64,000 bases of DNA from Schmidtea polychroa (lineage: Eukaryota), in the NCBI GenBank assembly GCA_044892525.1, contig CM097885.1:234486001-234550000 (forward strand), in the 5' to 3' direction. Numbering within the stretch: position 1 is the stretch's first letter; every line of letters begins with the position of its first letter. This document shows positions 22,937 through 37,125 of the stretch, piece after piece. The position numbers and the translations under genes were made by a program. The notes under the pieces were generated by a model, which saw only the letters and a list, made by a program, of their open reading frames with translations, had not been told where the DNA came from and ran no database searches.

Positions 22937-23189
22937 TTTTATTTTTTCGATAATTTTCAATACTTATCAATTTTCTAACAAAATGGTATATTCTTGATAA
23001 ATAATCATTTGCTGAATCCGTATTTTCTACGAGGAGTTTAATTTCAAAATACTAATCATTCAAATAATAATTGCGCTCAATTATATACAATTTTGTCGAA
23101 TAGTCGTGTCAATTGATTTGATAATAAATTTTGATGTACTAATGTAATATTAGTTAACATGTTTTGTTCAAATCTTATATAGTCAATTT

Positions 23190-23848
23190 CTAATGGATCT
23201 TATATCGTATCATCTCAAATTCTTGGAATGGAATATCAACACCATCTTCAGTCACAGTTAAATCTCGTAAAAATACATCGGAAATAAAAGATGTATACAG
23301 AGCTTTTTTGCGGATATTGGTCATAAAATTATCTTTAAATTTATCTTCAATAAAAGAACCAATTATCCTTTCAATAATTTCTTCATTTTTTTCATTAATT
23401 ATCAATTTTCTAATTAAATGGTATATTTTTGTTAAATAATCTGATGCTGAATCGGTATTTTCAACGAGTATTTTAATTCCGAAAAAACTAGTATTCAAAT
23501 AATCATTGAGCACAATTATATATATTTTAAAATTTGCAAAAGGAGAATTTCGATTACGTGCTTTGATACTATTTAATATATATTCCAAATCCACAGGTGT
23601 TTTTCTTATATATTTTATCAGTTTGCGGTTGATATTTCTAATACAGGATCTAAAACGAAGTTTATAAAATTCTTGTTTCAGATTAAATAATCTCATATAA
23701 TCTATAAATAAATTTCAAGTCTGTCAAGCGGGCAATGAGTATAATCATTTAACCAATGTAAGAAACAATTAGTACAAAACGAATGGTTACAGCCAGTAGT
23801 TATAAACAATTCAATAGCTAATTCATCGTAGCAAACAGTACATTCCAT
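23190..23848 (-). pseudogene. RING-finger copy with 4-bp deletion after the RING; also K118I and stop-loss
   Basis: Deletion at ~23714; TAG changed to AAG at 23201. Confidence 0.85.
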
Positions 23849-24110
23849 TTTTATTTTTTCGATAATTTTCAATACTTATCAATTTTCTAACAAAATGGTA
23901 TATTCTTGATAAATAATCATTTGCTGAATCCGTATTTTCTACGAGGAGTTTAATTTCAAAATACTAATCATTCAAATAATAATTGCGCTCAATTATATAC
24001 AATTTTGTCGAATAGTCGTGTCAATTGATTTGATAATAAATTTTGATGTACTAATGTAATATTAGTTAACATGTTTTGTTCAAATCTTATATAGTCAATT
24101 TCTAATGGAT

Positions 24111-24764
24111 CTAATATCGTATCATCTCAAATTCTTGGAATGGAATATCAACACCATCTTCAGTCACAGTTAAATCTCGTAAAAATACATCGGAAATAAA
24201 AGATGTATACAGAGCTTTTTTGCGGATATTGGTCATAAAATTATCTTTAAATTTATCTTCAATAAAAGAACCAATTATCCTTTCAATAATTTCTTCATTT
24301 TTTTCATTAATTATCAATTTTCTAATTAAATGGTATATTTTTGTTAAATAATCTGATGCTGAATCGGTATTTTCAACGAGTATTTTAATTCCGAAAAAAC
24401 TAGTATTCAAATAATCATTGAGCACAATTATATATTTTTTAAAATTTGCAAAAGGAGAATTTCGATTACGTGCTTTGATACTATTTAATATATATTCCAA
24501 ATCCACAGGTGTTTTTCTTATATATTTTATCAGTTTGCGGTTGATATTTCTAATACAGGATCTAAAACGAAGTTTATAAAATTCTTGTTTCAGATTAAAT
24601 AATCTCATATAATCTATAAATAAATCCAATTCAAGTCTGTCAAGCGGGCAATGAGTATAATCATTTAACCAATGTAAGAAACAATTAGTACAAAACGAAT
24701 GGTTACAGCCAGTAGTTATAAACAATTCAATAGCTAATTCATCGTAGCAAACAGTACATTCCAT
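24111..24764 (-). CDS. RING-finger protein (217 aa)
   Basis: RING motif; ORF track. Confidence 0.7.
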   Translation of the reverse strand: MECTVCYDELAIELFITTGCNHSFCTNCFLHWLNDYTHCPLDRLELDLFIDYMRLFNLKQEFYKLRFRSCIRNINRKLIKYIRKTPVDLEYILNSIKARNRNSPFANFKKYIIVLNDYLNTSFFGIKILVENTDSASDYLTKIYHLIRKLIINEKNEEIIERIIGSFIEDKFKDNFMTNIRKKALYTSFISDVFLRDLTVTEDGVDIPFQEFEMIRY

Positions 24765-25026
24765 TTTTATTTTTTCGATAATTTTCAATACTTATCAATT
24801 TTCTAACAAAATGGTATATTCTTGATAAATAATCATTTGCTGAATCCGTATTTTCTACGAGGAGTTTAATTTCAAAATACTAATCATTCAAATAATAATT
24901 GCGCTCAATTATATACAATTTTGTCGAATAGTCGTGTCAATTGATTTGATAATAAATTTTGATGTACTAATGTAATATTAGTTAACATGTTTTGTTCAAA
25001 TCTTATATAGTCAATTTCTAATGGAT

Positions 25027-25680
25027 CTAATATCGTATCATCTCAAATTCTTGGAATGGAATATCAACACCATCTTCAGTCACAGTTAAATCTCGTAAAA
25101 ATACATCGGAAATAAAAGATGTATACAGAGCTTTTTTGCGGATATTGGTCATAAAATTATCTTTAAATTTATCTTCAATAAAAGAACCAATTATCCTTTC
25201 AATAATTTCTTCATTTTTTTCATTAATTATCAATTTTCTAATTAAATGGTATATTTTTGTTAAATAATCTGATGCTGAATCGGTATTTTCAACGAGTATT
25301 TTAATTCCGAAAAAACTAGTATTCAAATAATCATTGAGCACAATTATATATTTTTTAAAATTTGCAAAAGGAGAATTTCGATTACGTGCTTTGATACTAT
25401 TTAATATATATTCCAAATCCACAGGTGTTTTTCTTATATATTTTATCAGTTTGCGGTTGATATTTCTAATACAGGATCTAAAACGAAGTTTATAAAATTC
25501 TTGTTTCAGATTAAATAATCTCATATAATCTATAAATAAATCCAATTCAAGTCTGTCAAGCGGGCAATGAGTATAATCATTTAACCAATGTAAGAAACAA
25601 TTAGTACAAAACGAATGGTTACAGCCAGTAGTTATAAACAATTCAATAGCTAATTCATCGTAGCAAACAGTACATTCCAT
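25027..25680 (-). CDS. RING-finger protein (217 aa)
   Basis: RING motif; ORF track. Confidence 0.7.
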   Translation of the reverse strand: MECTVCYDELAIELFITTGCNHSFCTNCFLHWLNDYTHCPLDRLELDLFIDYMRLFNLKQEFYKLRFRSCIRNINRKLIKYIRKTPVDLEYILNSIKARNRNSPFANFKKYIIVLNDYLNTSFFGIKILVENTDSASDYLTKIYHLIRKLIINEKNEEIIERIIGSFIEDKFKDNFMTNIRKKALYTSFISDVFLRDLTVTEDGVDIPFQEFEMIRY

Positions 25681-25942
25681 TTTTATTTTTTCGATAATTT
25701 TCAATACTTATCAATTTTCTAACAAAATGGTATATTCTTGATAAATAATCATTTGCTGAATCCGTATTTTCTACGAGGAGTTTAATTTCAAAATACTAAT
25801 CATTCAAATAATAATTGCGCTCAATTATATACAATTTTGTCGAATAGTCGTGTCAATTGATTTGATAATAAATTTTGATGTACTAATGTAATATTAGTTA
25901 ACATGTTTTGTTCAAATCTTATATAGTCAATTTCTAATGGAT

Positions 25943-26596
25943 CTAATATCGTATCATCTCAAATTCTTGGAATGGAATATCAACACCATCTTCAGTCACA
26001 GTTAAATCTCGTAAAAATACATCGGAAATAAAAGATGTATACAGAGCTTTTTTGCGGATATTGGTCATAAAATTATCTTTAAATTTATCTTCAATAAAAG
26101 AACCAATTATCCTTTCAATAATTTCTTCATTTTTTTCATTAATTATCAATTTTCTAATTAAATGGTATATTTTTGTTAAATAATCTGATGCTGAATCGGT
26201 ATTTTCAACGAGTATTTTAATTCCGAAAAAACTAGTATTCAAATAATCATTGAGCACAATTATATATTTTTTAAAATTTGCAAAAGGAGAATTTCGATTA
26301 CGTGCTTTGATACTATTTAATATATATTCCAAATCCACAGGTGTTTTTCTTATATATTTTATCAGTTTGCGGTTGATATTTCTAATACAGGATCTAAAAC
26401 GAAGTTTATAAAATTCTTGTTTCAGATTAAATAATCTCATATAATCTATAAATAAATCCAATTCAAGTCTGTCAAGCGGGCAATGAGTATAATCATTTAA
26501 CCAATGTAAGAAACAATTAGTACAAAACGAATGGTTACAGCCAGTAGTTATAAACAATTCAATAGCTAATTCATCGTAGCAAACAGTACATTCCAT
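25943..26596 (-). CDS. RING-finger protein (217 aa)
   Basis: RING motif; ORF track. Confidence 0.7.
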   Translation of the reverse strand: MECTVCYDELAIELFITTGCNHSFCTNCFLHWLNDYTHCPLDRLELDLFIDYMRLFNLKQEFYKLRFRSCIRNINRKLIKYIRKTPVDLEYILNSIKARNRNSPFANFKKYIIVLNDYLNTSFFGIKILVENTDSASDYLTKIYHLIRKLIINEKNEEIIERIIGSFIEDKFKDNFMTNIRKKALYTSFISDVFLRDLTVTEDGVDIPFQEFEMIRY

Positions 26597-28041
26597 TTTT
26601 ATTTTTTCGATAATTTTCAATACTTATCAATTTTCTAACAAAATGGTATATTCTTGATAAATAATCATTTGCTGAATCCGTATTTTCTACGAGGAGTTTA
26701 ATTTCAAAATACTAATCATTCAAATAATAATTGCGCTCAATTATATACTTTTTAACATTTGCAAACGGTGAATTTCTATTACTCGTGTTGATAGTATTTA
26801 CTATATATTTCAAATCCAAAGTCGCTTATATTATATATTTAAGCAATTTACAGCTTAAAGTTTAATTACAACTTCTAAAGCATGATTTATAAAATTCATG
26901 TTTTAAATTAATTAATCTTATATTATATATAAATAAACCATTCTTCATTAATAAATCAAATTCAATTCTGTCTAATGGACAATTAGAATGTCTTTCTAAC
27001 CAACTTATTAAACAATTACTACAATAAACATGGTTACAACCAGTAGTTATAGTTGAATTTATTTTTTTTGCGGATATTATTCATGTAAATGTCTTTAAAA
27101 TATAATTGGTCTTCAATAAAAGAAGTAATTATCTTTTGAATAACTAACTATTAGCTGATAGATAGTTTAATTTCTATGATGTGGTATGTAAACGCTACTC
27201 ATATATTCGTTTTACAATATATTTCGACAGTTTTTCTATCATCATCAGATAAAATAGAAAAACTAAAAGAATTTACTAAGTTTCATTCTTAAAAAGAATG
27301 AAAAAATTATCTTTTCTTCAACACAAATTTTAAGAAAACAAATATCTAATTCCTTTCTATAAAGTGCAAAATATGTCGTCATGAGTCTTTTGTTGAAATT
27401 TATTAATAGAATTCATTTTATAATAATGATATAGTGCTTCTACCCAATAGACAATTTGGATTTACCAATAACCAAGATAATAAACAACCACTGCAAAACT
27501 TATGATTGCAAAGATTTATTGTTACGGAATTATGAATATCATTATAATAAATTTTAATGAACAGAAAAATTGGTATCTAACGAATATTGTTCAAGGTTAT
27601 AAAATCGATCAGAATGATGTCCTTACTCCAATTTGAAAAATTTCACAATTATTTTAATATATGCTTAATGAATGTTAATAAATGTATTTAATTATATTTG
27701 TGTTTGTCTTTTCTTTCAAATAATAAAAATAATTTGTCAATTTTTAACAAAAAATTACAAAATGAACATTTTATAATTATAAAATACTTTTAATATAATA
27801 TAATATAAATTAAAACATAATATATCTTTTATATAATATTTTAATATCAATTATAAAATAATTTAATAAAAAGATTGACTATGAATCAGTAAATACTTTT
27901 TTATTTACTGATTCAATGTCAATCTTTTTAATAAATACAATAGTAATGGAAAATAAATCAATAGTGAAATTTGTAAGAAAAGTTCTTATAATATTATAAA
28001 ATAATTCAAAATAAATAATGGTTAACTAAATAAATAATGTG

Positions 28042-28708
28042 TTAACTGAGGATTGACTTTCCAAACTTTTATCATCCGATAGAAGAAAAACAGTTTATAT
28101 TTTTGACTGGCTTTGCAGATCAATTAACTACATTTGTAACATAGCAATTACAGGTGGTGCTTTACTGGGATTAACATTAAAAGGCGACGGTAATATTTCA
28201 AAGTATGTGCTTTCATTGGATATTGAATCAAATACTTCTACCGATGTTTTGAAAAAATCCAACATAATCGCCATCATTTCTTTGTTTTGATGAGCAAAAT
28301 TTATTTAGTTCATCAATAAGTCATGCATAATTATTTCTCAATTGATTTTGAAAAGATGTAATTTAAGGATTACAACTTTCAGCAATCAGCTTATTTTCTC
28401 ATGGAGTTTTAAATTCAAATTATTGAGATGGCCAGTCATGTCTACAAGAAAATATAAATCTCAATACTAATTATCATCCGATAGATCGAATAAAATTAAT
28501 GGTTTAATATAAACACACATTAACTGTTCCATTTTTAACACTTGCTTGTACAAACTCTCTTAATGAAATGATGCAATGAAATATGTACAACTGATCAATT
28601 TATATATTTCACCTTCACATAGTTTTGTATCATTCGCCATACTACGGTCACGATCAGTAGCAATTAAATATGAAGTTGATAGATCTAAATAATTTTCAAC
28701 AAAACTAT
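28042..28708 (-). mobile_element. Decayed hAT transposase, spacer copy 2
   Basis: Matches 11367-12033. Confidence 0.85.
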
Positions 28709-31700
28709 TTCAAAACGCATAAAATTATAATATTTTCAATATTTTTAAAATTTTAAAATTTGCATAACATATGCATATTATATGACAATACATTATTTGA
28801 TATGTCATAAAACGGAAATTTGTTTCTTTTTTATTCACTATATAGATTCCAATATTATAACAGAATAAGGATTTTAATAATTTTTGAAAATATTTAAAAA
28901 ATAATAATTAAAATGTGCAGAACAAAATACTAAGACTTTATATCATGTTTGAAAAAATCAAACTTTTTATCCATGTTTAAAAATTTGAAAAATAAAATAA
29001 TGCAAATTATGATTAATAATATAAAATCAATTATATAATGTAATTATGCATACAAAAAATTGTCCAGTGAAAATAACTTAAATAATTTAATGGATTCTGA
29101 TTGGTTCAGAATGATTTGCAAGTTTCTGTATAAAATAGATGCAAAATAAAAAAATCATTTCTATAAAACGAAATAAAAGTGAGTTAATTTGCTACATACA
29201 TAATCTTTCATAACTTTATTTTCTATAAATATATGTTTGAAAGGATGTTATCAAGTTAAGTTTTGATACTATCAGTTTAATTAGGAACCCTTTTAATACA
29301 AGTTATACATCACTGAATGTAATATTTAAGGATTACAATTACATATTCATTTAAAATATATATTTCTAATTTAAATTAATATTATGAAACTAATTACTAG
29401 GAACCAACAACTTTAAAACAAATATTATATAATATACCAGTTGAAAAATTCAAGATATCAATCGAAAAATATTTTTGAAAATATTTTTGGCAATCAATAA
29501 TCAAATTCAAATAAATGTAAATGTATCATTTATGAATTGTGTAAAGGATAGTATTTGATAAAGTTAATGAAATGAATAAGTGATTAGGATAAAATTCAAA
29601 GTTTAAAAAATTAAATCATTCTATTAAATTCATTTTGAAAAATTACTGAATCAAATAATTATTTTAAATTAAAATTAATTTTATAAAATCTTAAACTTTC
29701 TTTAATTTATGTAATTATGCAAAGATAATTTTTTTTGAACTCTTATCATTATAAATTAAAAGTCGTATATTTGATTAATTATTTCATTTTTATTTAATTA
29801 TTTAATTTGAAGTTTTTTTAAATTTACTGTTTATCTTTAAAAAATTAAATTTTAAATTTTATTATTTTCCATTTTTTAAATATAAATAAATTAATTTTCA
29901 GACAGTGATTTCAAAATGAAGTGCATTCCGTTATATATGCTCTGAAATGTATGAAATTACAAATTAAAAACGAGTTTTTAAAAGAAAGTTACACATTAAA
30001 ATTACATGATAATTAATACATTCATTTAAGTTAGATTGATACACACAATCCTCTTAAAAACGTAATCTTCTTAAATTACACATTATTTTTTAGGATAATT
30101 TTATAAGAAAGTTCAAAAAACAGTGCTATAATTCACGAATTAATTAAGTTTTATAAAATACATTACCTTATTTAAAATCTATTCCCTTAATTTACTATTT
30201 CAATAAATATAACTATAATTTCTCAGTCGATATCTTTTCTTAAAAATAAACTACTTATTTTAAATTATTTCCCTAATTTCAAATACTTTTTTTACTTAAA
30301 TTTGATAAATACACATCTTTTTTAATCAGTCCATACAATTATTTTCCAACATAAAATTCCTGATACTTTATTTATCTATAAAAGATTATGCACAAAAATA
30401 TGTGAAACTATAATGAAACCTATAGAAGTTATCGAGACTAAAATAATAAGGCTTATTATTATTAAAGCTTATTAATCCAGAAAATTTACTCACAAAAATA
30501 TTTAAATTTTTTTCATTCAGAATTTTAAACTTTTTAAAAATTACATAAACATTTTCATTTAAAAATATTTTTTAGGCTTTTCAATTAAGACATATTACTT
30601 AAAATACAGTGATTGAATATTTTTTGAATTATTGTAAACCTAACTTTCGAATAACTTAACTATTAAAAATACAGTTTTAATATGATATTCGATATTATTA
30701 TTATTTACAAAATCTTTATAATAATATCAAATACAAAAAAATTCAAAAATTGAATTTTTATTAATATCTTCTAGCTTTATTAATATATTCTGGTCACCTT
30801 TTTACAATTTCAATAATTTCTTTGAATTTTTATTTAAAGCTTGTAGTAGGTAGAGTATTGACTTACTGTAGAGATTAAAAAATTTTAAATTACTTTTTTA
30901 AAAGTATGATGAAATAAAATTTAGAATTTAAAAATAACAAAAAAGAATTGTAATTCTTTTTACTTTTGTTATCATGTTAATAAAAATTATTACGGTTTGT
31001 TATTGTTGTTATGTAATTGTTTTGTTTTTTATTGTAATAAAATTATAATAAAGTCATAATATATTACCTACACAACATTCGCGCCAGCTGTCCAGAAAAC
31101 GTTTTAAAGAAGACTCAGATGGCTCAACAGATTTGTTAACTACATTTTTATAATATAACAATTAAGAACCATACATACATTTTTATTGATTGTTTTATTA
31201 AAATAAAATGTAAATATTTATACTAAATGAATTAGCACCTGCATGTAAAGGAATATTTTTCAATAAAAAGTAATAAATATTTAGAGGTTTACATCTCGAC
31301 TCAAAGTCGGTAGAATCATACATTTCCAATTATATTGAATATTTAACTTTTAAATACGCTAAATATATTTTCATTTGATCAATATTTAAAAACTTAAAAC
31401 ATGAAATTAATTGAGTAAAGAAATCTGTTTACAATTTAAAAATATTGAATATTAAATTAAATAAAATTTTTTAATGAGAGAAACATTATATTAAATATAT
31501 TTTTCAAAAACTTTCAAACTAAAATGCAATTAATAAATTTAACAAGTTTATGTTTTATATTAAATAAATAGTATAAATAGAACTGCAAAACTCTTTGAAA
31601 TGAAGAGTAAAATAATATAATATTAATAAAAATTATAAATTATATATATTAAAATTGCTATTAAAAATGTTAAAAAATGTTATATAACATCAGATATTCA

Positions 31701-33377
31701 GAAAATTATAATCAGCTATTTTATTGAAACAATAATTTTGAAACATGAAGTCAATTTTATTGAATTAAATTTAATTTCATCAAATTTACATATTCAATAA
31801 TATACTCAGAATTACTAAAATTTAATTTTTGTAAAACTCGTAAACTAAAAAATTGATATTTAAAAAAAATTTAAATAAAAATAAAAACAGATATAGAAAA
31901 TTAGGAATCTCAGATTAAATATTGCTAAAAGTTATAATTTTCCAGTTTATTTAAATATTAATGTAATTGAAATCGTTTGATTATACTTAAATAAAATTTG
32001 TTGATACTTACCGAGTCTCATGTAAAAATTGTAATGTGACAATATGGAATTCATCGTAAATGTATTATATATGAGAAATGTGTTTATACAAGTCTCGATA
32101 AATATAAAAATTCTATAGAAATTCTACAAAACTTACAGTATTTTTATCATTAACCTGTATTAAAAAAGATATGAAACTTCATTAATAATTAATCCGTAAA
32201 GATAATTTAATAAGATAATTTTGTGGCCAATAGTAGCCTCAATAGTTCTTGAATGATGATTTTAACGGTAGTTACTAATGACTGTGTACCATTTGTAGAT
32301 TAAAACAATTACCAAATAGATCATGTATATGTTGTGAATAATATAATCAAATGATAGAATCTTGAAATTATGTCTCTAGAATTTGGTTATTTATTGTTTT
32401 CGATATATTTTTATTTCAATTTTTAATCATTTTTTGAAACTTATATCCCTACATTTGATTTCTGAAATCTTCAAAATAGTGAATTGATACATTTTTAACA
32501 ATTTCTTAAAAGGTCAAATTATTTCTGTTTTTACGTGGATTGAATGTGATAGTCAAGGAAGGAAAAATAATTGTAATAATATAAAATTTACATAATTCAA
32601 ACATATTTACAAAAAAGATGTCACCAGAATAGATGATTTTATTTTAAATAAAAACTTTTCTTTTAATTATTAAAATAAAATCTGAACAATTGTAATATGT
32701 GATAACTAATATAAAAAATTCTAATTTAATAAATTCTAAATTTATAAATTTAAATAAAATAATTTAAAATTTTACCAAATGAAAAATAAATTAAATTTAA
32801 AAATATATAATAAAAATCTAAATTAAAAAAATCTTTAAATAAAGTTTTAAAAAAATATTTGTTTAAATAATAAACTAAAAGGTTGTATATAATTATTTTC
32901 AATTTGAAATGAACAATTGAATTGAAAATTAATGAATTTTTTCCTATTTTTTCATAAAAGCACTATGTTTATATCAAGAGAAAAAAATAATATATTTAAA
33001 ACCAAATCGATTCTCGTTCGTCATCATCCACTTCATTTCTCCTCATGGTCGTGATAAAGATGTCATCTTCATATTTTGACTAAGAATCTATGATATATTA
33101 AATTAATCCTTGTTACTTGAGAATGAAACAAATAATTTCTTTTTTAGCCATTTTAATATGGCTGTTTTTTTTGTTCAATATTTTTAGTAATAAGTTCCTT
33201 TCTTTTTTTTCAATTATTGTAAGAAAATCCTTTAAGGATAGTAGCTGATAGATAGTTTAATTCATATGATGCGGTATGTAAACGCTACTCATACATTCGT
33301 TTTACAATATATTTCGACAGTTTTTCTATCATCCTCAGGAAAAATAGAAAAACTAAATAATTTAAGATTTTTGAACA

Positions 33378-33421
33378 ATCACAGGGATATCACAGAGATA
33401 TCACAGAGATATCACAGAGAT
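33378..33421. repeat. 11-bp minisatellite x4
   Basis: Read directly. Confidence 0.95.
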
Positions 33422-33985
33422 TAATGGATTGTGCGAGCAAAGCGTTCTTAGTGATTTCTGAAATTTTATCTTCGGTGTGCATCATGTTGTTCGTCATTAT
33501 CCGCTTCTTTTCTGCTCTTGGTCGTGATAAAGATATCATCTACATATTTTTCGTAGGAATCTATGATATATTAATTATTCCTTGTTACTTGAAAATGATA
33601 CAAGTGTTTTCTTTTTTAGCCATTTTAATATGGCTGTTTTTCTGTTCAATATGTTTAAATAATAAGTTCCTTTCTTTTTTCTTAATCATTTTGTGGCAAC
33701 TCTTTATGGAGATTAGCTGATAGATATTTTAATTCCTTTTAATGTGGTATAAAAACGCTACTCAAACATTTGTTTTACAATATATTTCGACAGTTTTTCT
33801 ATCATCATCAGATAAAATAGAAAAACTAAATGAATTTACTAAGTTTCATTTTAAAAAAAATGAAAGAATTATCTTTTCTTCGACACAAATTTTAATAAAA
33901 CAAATATCTAATTCCTTTCTTTAAAGTTCAAAATATGTCGTCATGAGTCTTTTGAATATTGTTTCTTGTTTCGAATAATATTGTA

Positions 33986-34393
33986 TTATCTAAATATAAA
34001 CCAATTTTGTTCGAGCTTATTTTTCAAAACATCATCCCAAGTTATTTGCTCGATCAACAATCTTATCATTCGAGTTATTTGTAATAAACCACCGATATCT
34101 TCTAGATTTAAAATATTATCAACAATAAATTGTATATTTCCCAAATATACTAAATATTGGTTATTATAATTCAACAAACATATTTCCATTAACTCGTATT
34201 CAAAACCTAAATAAATCGCTAATTTTTTTCTTGTTTCTATTATTATTTTATCATCTAAAAATAAGTCAATTTTGTCGAATAGTCGTGTCAATTGATTTGA
34301 TATTAAATTTTGATGTACTAATGTAATATTAGTTAACATGTTTTGTTCAAATCTTATATAGTCAATTTCTAATGGATCTAATATCGTATCATC
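33986..34393 (-). pseudogene. Probable frameshifted 3' half of the RING gene (117-aa ORF)
   Basis: As 17311-17718. Confidence 0.65.
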
Positions 34394-35031
34394 TCAAATT
34401 CTTGGAATGGAATATCAACACCATCTTCAGTCACAGTTAAATCTCGTAAAAATACATCGGAAATAAAAGATGTATACAGAGCTTTTTTGCGGATATTGGT
34501 CATAAAATTATCTTTAAATTTATCTTCAATAAAAGAACCAATTATCCTTTCAATAATTTCTTCATTTTTTTCATTAATTATCAATTTTCTAATTAAATGG
34601 TATATTTTTGTTAAATAATCTGATGCTGAATCGGTATTTTCAACGAGTATTTTAATTCCGAAAAAACTAGTATTCAAATAATCATTGAGCACAATTATAT
34701 ATTTTTTAAAATTTGCAAAAGGAGAATTTCGATTACGTGCTTTGATACTATTTAATATATATTCCAAATCCACAGGTGTTTTTCTTATATATTTTATCAG
34801 TTTGCGGTTGATATTTCTAATACAGGATCTAAAACGAAGTTTATAAAATTCTTGTTTCAGATTAAATAATCTCATATAATCTATAAATAAATCCAATTCA
34901 AGTCTGTCAAGCGGGCAATGAGTATAATCATTTAACCAATGTAAGAAACAATTAGTACAAAACGAATGGTTACAGCCAGTAGTTATAAACAATTCAATAG
35001 CTAATTCATCGTAGCAAACAGTACATTCCAT
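34378..35031 (-). CDS. RING-finger protein (217 aa)
   Basis: RING motif; ORF track. Confidence 0.7.
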   Translation of the reverse strand: MECTVCYDELAIELFITTGCNHSFCTNCFLHWLNDYTHCPLDRLELDLFIDYMRLFNLKQEFYKLRFRSCIRNINRKLIKYIRKTPVDLEYILNSIKARNRNSPFANFKKYIIVLNDYLNTSFFGIKILVENTDSASDYLTKIYHLIRKLIINEKNEEIIERIIGSFIEDKFKDNFMTNIRKKALYTSFISDVFLRDLTVTEDGVDIPFQEFEMIRY

Positions 35032-35293
35032 TTTTATTTTTTCGATAATTTTCAATACTTATCAATTTTCTAACAAAATGGTATATTCTTGATAAATAAT
35101 CATTTGCTGAATCCGTATTTTCTACGAGGAGTTTAATTTCAAAATACTAATCATTCAAATAATAATTGCGCTCAATTATATACAATTTTGTCGAATAGTC
35201 GTGTCAATTGATTTGATAATAAATTTTGATGTACTTATGTAATATTAGTTAACATGTTTTGTTCAAATCTTATATAGTCAATTTCTAATGGAT

Positions 35294-35947
35294 CTAATAT
35301 CGTATCATCTCAAATTCTTGGAATGGAATATCAACACCATCTTCAGTCACAGTTAAATCTCGTAAAAATACATCGGAAATAAAAGATGTATACAGAGCTT
35401 TTTTGCGGATATTGGTCATAAAATTATCTTTAAATTTATCTTCAATAAAAGAACCAATTATCCTTTCAATAATTTCTTCATTTTTTTCATTAATTATCAA
35501 TTTTCTAATTAAATGGTATATTTTTGTTAAATAATCTAATGCTGAATCGGTATTTTCAACGAGTATTTTAATTCCGAAAAAACTAGTATTCAAATAATCA
35601 TTGAACACAATTATATATTTTTTAAAATTTGCAAAAGGAGAATTTCGATTACGTGCTTTGATACTATTTAATATATATTCCAAATCCACAGGTGTTTTTC
35701 TTATATATTTTATCAGTTTGCGGTTGATATTTCTAATACAGGATCTAAAACGAAGTTTATAAAATTCTTGTTTCAGATTAAATAATCTCATATAATCTAT
35801 AAATAAATCCAATTCAAGTCTGTCAAGCGGGCAATGAGTATAATCATTTAACCAATGTAAGAAACAATTAGTACAAAACGAATGGTTACAGCCAGTAGTT
35901 ATAAACAATTCAATAGCTAATTCATCGTAGCAAACAGTACATTCCAT
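35294..35947 (-). CDS. RING-finger protein (217 aa; L123F, S145L)
   Basis: RING motif; ORF track. Confidence 0.7.
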   Translation of the reverse strand: MECTVCYDELAIELFITTGCNHSFCTNCFLHWLNDYTHCPLDRLELDLFIDYMRLFNLKQEFYKLRFRSCIRNINRKLIKYIRKTPVDLEYILNSIKARNRNSPFANFKKYIIVFNDYLNTSFFGIKILVENTDSALDYLTKIYHLIRKLIINEKNEEIIERIIGSFIEDKFKDNFMTNIRKKALYTSFISDVFLRDLTVTEDGVDIPFQEFEMIRY

Positions 35948-36209
35948 TTTTATTTTTTCGATAATTTTCAATACTTATCAATTTTCTAACAAAATGGTAT
36001 ATTCTTGATAAATAATCATTTGCTGAATCCGTATTTTCTACGAGGAGTTTAATTTCAAAATACTAATCATTCAAATAATAATTGCGCTCAATTATATACA
36101 ATTTTGTCGAATAGTCGTGTCAATTGATTTGATAATAAATTTTGATGTACTTATGTAATATTAGTTAACATGTTTTGTTCAAATCTTATATAGTCAATTT
36201 CTAATGGAT

Positions 36210-36863
36210 CTAATATCGTATCATCTCAAATTCTTGGAATGGAATATCAACACCATCTTCAGTCACAGTTAAATCTCGTAAAAATACATCGGAAATAAAA
36301 GATGTATACAGAGCTTTTTTGCGGATATTGGTCATAAAATTATCTTTAAATTTATCTTCAATAAAAGAACCAATTATCCTTTCAATAATTTCTTCATTTT
36401 TTTCATTAATTATCAATTTTCTAATTAAATGGTATATTTTTGTTAAATAATCTGATGCTGAATCGGTATTTTCAACGAGTATTTTAATTCCGAAAAAACT
36501 AGTATTCAAATAATCATTGAGCACAATGATATATTTTTTAAAATTTGCAAAAGGAGAATTTCGATTACGTGCTTTGATACTATTTAATATATATTCCAAA
36601 TCCACAGGTGTTTTTCTTATATATTTTATCAGTTTGCGGTTGATATTTCTAATACAGGATCTAAAACGAAGTTTATAAAATTCTTGTTTCAGATTAAATA
36701 ATCTCATATAATCTATAAATAAATCCAATTCAAGTCTGTCAAGCGGGCAATGAGTATAATCATTTAACCAATGTAAGAAACAATTAGTACAAAACGAATG
36801 GTTACAGCCAGTAGTTATAAACAATTCAATAGCTAATTCATCGTAGCAAACAGTACATTCCAT
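36210..36863 (-). CDS. RING-finger protein (217 aa)
   Basis: RING motif; ORF track. Confidence 0.7.
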   Translation of the reverse strand: MECTVCYDELAIELFITTGCNHSFCTNCFLHWLNDYTHCPLDRLELDLFIDYMRLFNLKQEFYKLRFRSCIRNINRKLIKYIRKTPVDLEYILNSIKARNRNSPFANFKKYIIVLNDYLNTSFFGIKILVENTDSASDYLTKIYHLIRKLIINEKNEEIIERIIGSFIEDKFKDNFMTNIRKKALYTSFISDVFLRDLTVTEDGVDIPFQEFEMIRY

Positions 36864-37125
36864 TTTTATTTTTTCGATAATTTTCAATACTTATCAATTT
36901 TCTAACAAAATGGTATATTCTTGATAAATAATCATTTGCTGAATCCGTATTTTCTACGAGGAGTTTAATTTCAAAACACTAATCATTCAAATAATAATTG
37001 CGCTCAATTATATACAATTTTGTCGAATAGTCGTGTCAATTGATTTGATAATAAATTTTGATGTACTAATGTAATATTAGTTAACATGTTTTGTTCAAAT
37101 CTTATATAGTCAATTTCTAATGGAT

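Larger units (their letters stand above)
17592..26747. repeat. Array 2: 10 tandem 916-bp RING-gene units
   Basis: Unit starts 17592, 18508, 19424, 20340, 21256, 22172, 23088 (912 bp), 24000, 24916, 25832. Confidence 0.98.
26748..34266. repeat. 7,519-bp spacer, copy 2
   Basis: Same sequence and ORF pattern as copy 1. Confidence 0.97.
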
